Source: Vampirovibrionales bacterium
GTDB lineage: Bacteria; Cyanobacteriota; Vampirovibrionia; Vampirovibrionales; Vampirovibrionaceae
Reading direction: 5' to 3'
DNA: 64,000 nucleotides
NCBI GenBank assembly: GCA_029866025.1
Contig: JARXAD010000001.1
Location: 229,873-293,872, forward strand
The position numbers and the translations under genes are program-made. This document shows, piece by piece, positions 57,969-64,000 of the stretch (the first letter of the stretch is position 1; each line of letters begins with the position of its first letter). Below the pieces are notes generated by a model. It was not told the origin of the DNA. It searched no databases and saw only the letters and a list, made by a program, of their open reading frames with translations.

Positions 57969-58850
57969 TTACTTGATAAACCCAGCTTGCTGGGGCCAGC
58001 CAAAGTGGAGGAGGTTGGGTTGGTGGCGGTGGCCTTGCACCACGGCGCAGGCGTCAATGCACTCGCCGCAATTCCAGCAGCCTCTAAATTCGCCCACTTT
58101 CAGCAAGTCAGCGCGGGGGTCAATATCCACGGGACACACTTGTTGGCAGCCAGTGCAGGTGCCGCATTGGGTTTTATTCGCATCGCCGGCGTAGGCAATT
58201 TCCATGGGTGTAAACAGCGGATTCTGATAAGCCGAAAAGGCTTGGGCCATGCCATAGGGGCAGGCACTGCGGCAAAAATGGTGGCCAGCGGCAATCAAAA
58301 ATACTCCAATAAGGGTAAACAGCCCTTGCCCCATCACCAAGGTGGGGTTCCATTGGCCGGTTTTAAAGCCGTCCAATAAAAAATGCCACGGCAATACGCT
58401 GTGAAACAACAAATACGTGAGCCCATAAGGAATAGCCAACGCCAATATGCTGGCAAGGCCTTGGGTATAGGGCTTGGTGCGAGGGTAAGTGTTCCACATG
58501 CGGCTCTGCCACGGTTGGGGTTTTTCTAGCCCCAAGGCCCCCCGTATGGGGCGTGTCCATTCTGTAAGAATGTTGTGAGGGCATGCCCAGCCACAAAAAA
58601 TTCGCCCCAACACAGCGGTGGCTAGGGCAATGATGAGCACCAGCGCGTAAAAACCAAAGGGCAGCCACATGGCGTTTTTTAGGCTAAAGGGTAGGGCGTG
58701 GCCAAAGTAGATAATCTGTTGGCTCAGCATGTCTACGCGCACCCAATCCAGCGCAGGGCCTAAAAAAAAGGCGCTCCAAGCCAACGGGTGAACCACCCAC
58801 GGGCGAAGGGTATGGAAGGGAAATTTGAAGGGATTAACTGGGATTTTCAC
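57969..58850 (-). CDS. 4Fe-4S membrane protein, CcoG/FixG/RdxA-like (no C-terminal Ig-like domain)
   Basis: GRIFCGWACP, FCRSACPYG, CxxCxxCxxxCP.DIDPR, CWNCGECIDAC. Confidence 0.85.
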   Translation of the reverse strand: MKIPVNPFKFPFHTLRPWVVHPLAWSAFFLGPALDWVRVDMLSQQIIYFGHALPFSLKNAMWLPFGFYALVLIIALATAVLGRIFCGWACPHNILTEWTRPIRGALGLEKPQPWQSRMWNTYPRTKPYTQGLASILALAIPYGLTYLLFHSVLPWHFLLDGFKTGQWNPTLVMGQGLFTLIGVFLIAAGHHFCRSACPYGMAQAFSAYQNPLFTPMEIAYAGDANKTQCGTCTGCQQVCPVDIDPRADLLKVGEFRGCWNCGECIDACAVVQGHRHQPNLLHFGWPQQAGFIK

Positions 58851-58880
58851 GGAAGCACGGGCTCTTGGGTCATTAACAAT

Positions 58881-59849
58881 TTAAAGAACAAGGGATGTGA
58901 CGATGTGAGGCGCGTCTTGGGTAGGAAGGGATCGATACCACGTGAGGGTGTCCATAGGACGGCGGTTTTCAGGGTGGACTTGGGTAATTTCCAGCACTGT
59001 ATTGTTGCCGCAGGCCAGTAACATGCCGGCGGTGCTTGCGCTAAGTACGGTGCCAGAAGGGCTGGAATGATCATGGTTTGGAATGACGGTGCTGGCGATT
59101 AACTTTAACCGATTTCCTTGATGCATTACCGTGGTGCCTGGCCACGGTTGCAGGGCCCGGATGCGGCGCTCCACCACGTTGGCGGGTGCATTAAAATCCA
59201 CGGTACCATCGGCCTTGCTTAGCTTGGGGGCGTGGGTGGCGTGGGTATCCTGTTGGGGGGTGGGTGTTAGCGTTCCTGCCGAGAGCTGCTGCAAGGTGCT
59301 AATGAGCAACGGCCCTGCGGCCTCCGACAGTTTTTCGGTAAGCGTGGCTGTTGTATCGGTGGGGGTAATGGCTTGGGTATGGGTGAGGAGCATGGGGCCT
59401 GTGTCCACCCCCAACTCCGTTAGCATCGTAGTGAGGCCGGTTTCGGCATCACCATTAAGGATCGCCCACTGGATGGGGTTGGCCCCGCGGTATTGGGGCA
59501 GCAACGACGCATGGACGTTCACTGTGCCTAGCTTGGGTATGGCCAGCACCTCGGCATCCAATATTTGGCCAAAAGCAATGGTGACAAAAGTATCGGGGTT
59601 TAATTGTGCAAGCGTGGCCTTCAATGCGGTATCCATTCTTAGCCGCTGGGGTTTGTACACCGGAATGCCGGCTGCTTCGGCCACCACGGCTACTGGCGAG
59701 GGTGATAGTTTTTGGCCACGCCCTGAAGGGCGATCGGGCTGGGTGAGGACGGCTACCACCTCAAAATGCGCATCGGCTATTAACGACTGCAAGCACGGCA
59801 CCGAAAATTGAGGCGTGCCCATAAATACTACCCGTAAAGGAGTTGTCAT
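58881..59849 (-). CDS. fmt: Methionyl-tRNA formyltransferase
   Basis: FMGTPQF, TQPDRP.GRG, NVHASLLPQYRGA.PI. Confidence 0.97.
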   Translation of the reverse strand: MTTPLRVVFMGTPQFSVPCLQSLIADAHFEVVAVLTQPDRPSGRGQKLSPSPVAVVAEAAGIPVYKPQRLRMDTALKATLAQLNPDTFVTIAFGQILDAEVLAIPKLGTVNVHASLLPQYRGANPIQWAILNGDAETGLTTMLTELGVDTGPMLLTHTQAITPTDTTATLTEKLSEAAGPLLISTLQQLSAGTLTPTPQQDTHATHAPKLSKADGTVDFNAPANVVERRIRALQPWPGTTVMHQGNRLKLIASTVIPNHDHSSPSGTVLSASTAGMLLACGNNTVLEITQVHPENRRPMDTLTWYRSLPTQDAPHIVTSLVL

Positions 59850-61375
59850 TTGTCTGCTCCTCTTTCTTGCCAGTTACCATTTTGTAGAAGCAGCCACTGC
59901 TCTGCTTCTTCCTGCGTGGAGAGTTCGCCCAGTAGTTGTTTGTCTCGTACAATTTTTAACAGGTTACCCAAGGCTGGGCCCGGAGGGATGCCTAGGAGTA
60001 CCATGACGTCTTTGCCACCGATCAAGGGCGGCTGCTCCAAGGCGGGTCGAAACTCACGGTAATCTTGCAGCAGGCCGTGGAGATCGCTGAGGTCTTGGGT
60101 CACTTGTTCATCGCTAAGGGCAGGGCCGCGCGTGCTGAGGCGATCCGCCAAGGCCAGTACCAACAAATCTTCGGTGCGGTGACCGAGGCGGCGATAAAAT
60201 CGTAGCAATGATTTGCGGGGGCTTTGGGGCGTAAAGGCGCACGGGTACAAGTGCCAACGCACCAACTGAGTCAAAGTTTGGGTCCAGTCGTTGCCCAGCT
60301 TAAAACGCTTGGCCATGGCCTTCGTTAGGTCCTCGCCCACGCGGTCGTGGCCATGAAAGGCGTGGCGACCGTCGTCTAAAATTTCGTGGGTGGCGGGTTT
60401 GCCAATATCGTGTAGCAGGCAGGCCCAGTGAATGAGGCCCTGACGGGTGATGCCGTTGCCTGTATACCCTTCGTGGAAGGGTACTTGGAGTTCGTTTTGT
60501 AGGGCGGTGGAAAGACTGGGAAACACGGTGGTTTCAGCTTGGTTCACCAGCTCCAAGGTGTGGTCCCACAAAGGCAAGTGGTGGTGGCTGTTGGGGGGAA
60601 TGGCGTGGGTTGGGGTAAGCTCTGGCAACAATACTTCCAGCAAGCCTGATTGGCCCATGGCCACCAGCCAAGGCCAACACGGTGGCGCACTCAGTAGTCG
60701 TAGCCACTCGGTGGTAATGCGCTCAGGGGCGGCGTTCCATAGCAACGCCGCGTGTTGTTTAATCCACCCTTGCGTCACCTCATCAATGGAACTTGCTTGT
60801 AGACATGCTGCTAGCCGATACACGCGCAGCAGGCGTAGGGGGTCGTCTATCAGGTTTTGCTTGCTAATGGCCCGAATAAGTCCGATGTGTAAATCATTGG
60901 CGCCTTGATACGGGTCGACAAATTCAGCAGTGTCACCATCCAACCGCATGGCCATTGCATTGACGCTCAGGTCGCGGCGGCTGAGGTCGTCGGTGATGGT
61001 CCCACCCTGACACGCGGCGACGTCTACGTAAATTATCCTCTCAGAGCCATCTTTTAAAACCACACGGTGCATGCCAAAGGCTTCGTGGAGAGGCACCAAG
61101 GTTCCTTGAAGCCGTGTTGCTAGGGTTCGAGAAAGCTGTTCGCAAAAATCGTTGATATTAGTTATGCCACAGGGCACCATGTCCCAATCGGTGCCTAATT
61201 TTCCAGTATGTAGGGCGTCTCGAACGGCGCCCCCCACCAGCCACAACGAGGCGTTAGGCGTTTTTTCCGTCATGGTTTGAAATAGGTGAACGACCTGTTG
61301 TAGTAACGGTTGTTTTTCAACAAGCCCTTTCAGGGTTTGGCTAGGCGAGGGTGGTGCGTTAACAAGCCTCATCAC
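59846..61375 (-). CDS. Class II tRNA nucleotidyltransferase with HD domain (probably CC-adding)
   Basis: VGGAVRDAL..DWD, DLSRRD.SVNAMA, DDPLRLLR, LLHDIGKP. Confidence 0.9.
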   Translation of the reverse strand: MMRLVNAPPSPSQTLKGLVEKQPLLQQVVHLFQTMTEKTPNASLWLVGGAVRDALHTGKLGTDWDMVPCGITNINDFCEQLSRTLATRLQGTLVPLHEAFGMHRVVLKDGSERIIYVDVAACQGGTITDDLSRRDLSVNAMAMRLDGDTAEFVDPYQGANDLHIGLIRAISKQNLIDDPLRLLRVYRLAACLQASSIDEVTQGWIKQHAALLWNAAPERITTEWLRLLSAPPCWPWLVAMGQSGLLEVLLPELTPTHAIPPNSHHHLPLWDHTLELVNQAETTVFPSLSTALQNELQVPFHEGYTGNGITRQGLIHWACLLHDIGKPATHEILDDGRHAFHGHDRVGEDLTKAMAKRFKLGNDWTQTLTQLVRWHLYPCAFTPQSPRKSLLRFYRRLGHRTEDLLVLALADRLSTRGPALSDEQVTQDLSDLHGLLQDYREFRPALEQPPLIGGKDVMVLLGIPPGPALGNLLKIVRDKQLLGELSTQEEAEQWLLLQNGNWQERGADK

Positions 61376-62202
61376 GAAAGTGTCCCCTCGTCATGACCTT
61401 CATCATAAATGGCCACAATGCCAGACAAGCAGGCAATGGCGGCGGTCTCTGCCTTTAAAATGCGGCGCCCATAGTGGATGGCCTGAAACCCTTGGGAAAC
61501 GAGAGACTCTAACTCTTCGGTGGTTAGGCCGCCTTCGGGGCCAACTACAATGCACACGGCCTCGGGAAGTGCCCCTTTTGTGGATCGCTGGACTCCCAAC
61601 GCCTGAGCGATAGAGATGCGCCCCTCGCCTCGCTCCATCATCACCAGATTTAGGGTATCGTTAGTAATGCCTTTAGTGGCTTGGTTTAGAGGACTAGGCT
61701 CTAAAATGGTGGGGAGAAAACGGCCGTCGCATTGTTCCACGGCGGCACGGGTAATGTCTTGCCAGCGGGGTAGTTTGTTTTGCCATTCTTCGGTTTTTAC
61801 CACGGTACGCTGGGTAATAATGGGTTGAATGGTGCGAACCCCAAGTTCTGTAGTCTTTTGAAGGAGCCAATCCCAGCGTGGGCCTTTAATCAAGGCTGCC
61901 ATAATGGTGATGTGGGGCAAACCGTCGGAAACGGCGTCGTCTTGAGACACGATCTCCAGCGTTAGGCTTTTGGTACTAATGTCCAAGACTTTGGCGAGGT
62001 AGCTGGTTTCTAAGCTTGTGTGAATGAGGGTGAGGTGGGTATTGGGTTTTAATCGCAGCACGGTAGCCGCATGGTGGGCGATGGTGGGTTCAACAATCGT
62101 GATGGAAGCTGGCAAGGGGGGAATAATAATGTCCTTAGGCAGCACAAACCTCGCCGACCGATGGCGCTTGATGGTGTTGGGTGCTGTGATGGCTTCTGTC
62201 AC
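61372..62202 (-). CDS. rsmE: 16S rRNA m3U1498 methyltransferase
   Basis: H...VLRL, KTTELGV, AVEQC, VGPEGGL, GRRILKAETA. Confidence 0.95.
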   Translation of the reverse strand: MTEAITAPNTIKRHRSARFVLPKDIIIPPLPASITIVEPTIAHHAATVLRLKPNTHLTLIHTSLETSYLAKVLDISTKSLTLEIVSQDDAVSDGLPHITIMAALIKGPRWDWLLQKTTELGVRTIQPIITQRTVVKTEEWQNKLPRWQDITRAAVEQCDGRFLPTILEPSPLNQATKGITNDTLNLVMMERGEGRISIAQALGVQRSTKGALPEAVCIVVGPEGGLTTEELESLVSQGFQAIHYGRRILKAETAAIACLSGIVAIYDEGHDEGTLS

Positions 62203-63183
62203 TTAGGGGGTGCTTTCAAATACGGCATCTAGTACTGCCCAGCCGTCTTGCGTGGCTTGGTGGCGAACAAACAGCCCCAGTTCAGCCAGTTGGACCTCAA
62301 TGGCAGGTACATCTTTTTCCAGCAGTCCGCTGAGAATGATCCAGCCGGTGGGGGCCAGTCGGGCAATGGCTTCGGGTAACAGGGGTTTAATTACGGCTGC
62401 ATGAATATTCATCACAATGCCGTCCATAGCGGTGTGGCAGCGATCTTCCAAGGGGGTTTGGGTGGCGGTAATGCAATGGCCCACGCCATTCAGGGTGGCG
62501 TTTTCGTTGGTGGCGGTCATGGCTTCGGGGTGGATATCCAGCCCAATGATGCTTTGGCAACCAAACAAGGCGGCGGCAATGCTTAAAATGCCGCTGCCAC
62601 AGCCCACATCCATGAGGCTGAGTTGGCTAAAATCTTGATGAAGGGCCAGGGCATCGAGGCGTTGGAGAACCAAACGCGTGGTGGGGTGGCTGCCGGTGCC
62701 GAAGGCGGTGCCGGGATCTAGGATGAGGTTATAGTAAGCATTTTCTTTAGCAGTTTCCAAAGGTTTGGTTATCAAAGGCGGCTTTGCCGTCGCCGCTTCC
62801 CAGGTGGGAATAATGGTTAAACGAGGAGAAATGGCTGTGGCGTGCCAGTGTTGCTTCCAGGCTTCTTCCCAATCGGCACGGTACACGGGCTGAATGTCTT
62901 GCAGCTGAATAATGGCAGCGTCGTCGGCCAGCCACTTGCTTAGAGAGGCTTTCAGTTGTTCTAAGCTTGCTTGGCCTTGAGGAGATACGGTGATGCAAAA
63001 GCCTTTGGTCACTTCTTCATCCACATGGCCGGTAAGCAAGGTTTCAATGCTAATAACGTCATCCAGCGTCCACAGCAGTTCTTCCAGCAGGACTACTTGT
63101 TCTGCTGGCAAAGTGTTTACCAACAGGGTCCGCTGGTAGGCGTCTAGGGGTGTTGTGGCGATTGCTTTTGTTGAAATGGGCAT
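62203..63183 (-). CDS. prmA: Ribosomal protein L11 methyltransferase
   Basis: DWEEAWK, LDPGTAFGTGSHPTT, DVGCGSGILSI. Confidence 0.95.
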   Translation of the reverse strand: MPISTKAIATTPLDAYQRTLLVNTLPAEQVVLLEELLWTLDDVISIETLLTGHVDEEVTKGFCITVSPQGQASLEQLKASLSKWLADDAAIIQLQDIQPVYRADWEEAWKQHWHATAISPRLTIIPTWEAATAKPPLITKPLETAKENAYYNLILDPGTAFGTGSHPTTRLVLQRLDALALHQDFSQLSLMDVGCGSGILSIAAALFGCQSIIGLDIHPEAMTATNENATLNGVGHCITATQTPLEDRCHTAMDGIVMNIHAAVIKPLLPEAIARLAPTGWIILSGLLEKDVPAIEVQLAELGLFVRHQATQDGWAVLDAVFESTP

Positions 63184-63263
63184 GATTATCAGTCTTTATC
63201 AAGAGGGCTCTTATAAAATTTTAGAGTACTTTCTATTGTGCCAAAAAAGAGATGTAGGATGGC

Positions 63264-63311
63264 AAAAAACAATCCCCCAATACCTACCGAAGCAGCTAGT
63301 GAGGGATTGTT
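63264..63311 (-). terminator. Probable intrinsic terminator
   Basis: Minus strand AACAATCCC..GGGATTGTT followed by TTTT, downstream of the last CDS. Confidence 0.55.
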
Positions 63312-63362
63312 GAGGTTCAGAAACAAGGGCTTCTAAACCGTTAGGGTTTTACCGATAGGCTA

Positions 63363-64000
63363 CTAATAACCCATGGGTACCGCTGTGGTGGTGTTGGTTT
63401 GAACCGTGGTTTGCAGGGCTTGATCCAAACGAATTTGGAGTTTTTCGCCAGGTTGCAACAAAATGGGGTTACCTTTGGAGACACCGGCAGCCAAAGCGCC
63501 TAAGCCGGTACCAATGGCGGTGCCATAAATGGCGCCTTTACCCACGCTACCACCCGAAAGAGGGCCCATAGCGGTACCCAGTGCAGCGCCGATAGCGGCA
63601 CCGGCAACGGTTTTACCAGCAACGGTACCCAAACGGCCTTTGGCAGAACCACCAATGAGTAGGCCGTCGGTGGTTGCAATGGAGGCTTGAATGGGCATCC
63701 GCTCACCTTGAGGCGTCATCACTTCGGTAAAGCGAACGCTTAGGGTGGCATTCTTTTCCATGCGGCCCATGGGCTCTACAGAAATGACTTGACCCAACAA
63801 TTGGCTACCGCTGGGCAACACAATTTGGTTGTCGCTGCTGGCAATGGGCATATCCAAGGTGGCACGCACTTGGTCACCCACTTTGGCTGTTTCAGAATCC
63901 AAAGCGGTGGATAAGGTAGTGGCAAACTGGGTTTGGGCAGGCACCGTTACCACACGGCCTTGTAGGGGCTGCTGTGTGGTGGTTGTGGTAATGGACGATG
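63363..64000 (-). CDS. Paralogue of the 28358-29299 TrbI-like glycine-zipper protein (5' end beyond the window)
   Basis: PLQGRVVTVPA..LPSGSQLLGQV..GAALGTAMGPLSGGSVGKGAIYGT is near-identical at protein level to the 28.4-kb gene. Confidence 0.85.
   Translation of the reverse strand, partial: SSITTTTTQQPLQGRVVTVPAQTQFATTLSTALDSETAKVGDQVRATLDMPIASSDNQIVLPSGSQLLGQVISVEPMGRMEKNATLSVRFTEVMTPQGERMPIQASIATTDGLLIGGSAKGRLGTVAGKTVAGAAIGAALGTAMGPLSGGSVGKGAIYGTAIGTGLGALAAGVSKGNPILLQPGEKLQIRLDQALQTTVQTNTTTAVPMGY

Noticed and set aside
1..64000. CRISPR arrays, IS/transposases, integrases, prophage, rRNA
   Set aside because: No regularly spaced repeat-spacer array, recombinase or transposase motifs, or rRNA-like sequence seen

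Overview
Bacterial chromosomal window. Cyanobacteria-like housekeeping genes (rpsB-tsf-pyrH, a BtpA homologue, a DICT-type kinase, a loop-less CC-adding enzyme) occur with flagellar genes (fliM, fliL, motAB) and no photosynthesis genes, which suggests a non-photosynthetic cyanobacterial relative (Vampirovibrionia/Melainabacteria); this is inference only. Bases 1-20 kb are accessory-looking: a two-partner secretion pair (TpsA with ~171-aa repeats, absent from the ORF track because it runs off the window, plus TpsB), a secreted esterase, a Crp/Fnr regulator divergent from a 7-gene membrane-lipid modification operon resembling furan-fatty-acid (ufaM/D/O-like) genes with a perfect Crp-type operator, an ABC/HlyD/TolC exporter and a stand-alone tRNA-Ile. 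The most striking unannotated locus is at 22.6-25.6 kb: a divergent PvcA/Dit1 (isocyanide synthase-like) gene co-oriented with an MFS transporter, behind a near-perfect Fur-family box, next to a structured terminator-ended candidate sRNA. The rest is mostly core genes (gpmI, exbB-exbD-exbD, dnaJ-grpE, der-plsY-gpsA, flagellar motor, rsfS-yqeK-ymdB, oppA, rpsB-tsf-pyrH, tRNA-Leu, ABC-F, fmt-cca-rsmE-prmA), plus a solitary DUF4393/Abi-alpha gene and a second sRNA-like intergenic region. All family calls are by eye from motifs; no database searches were run.
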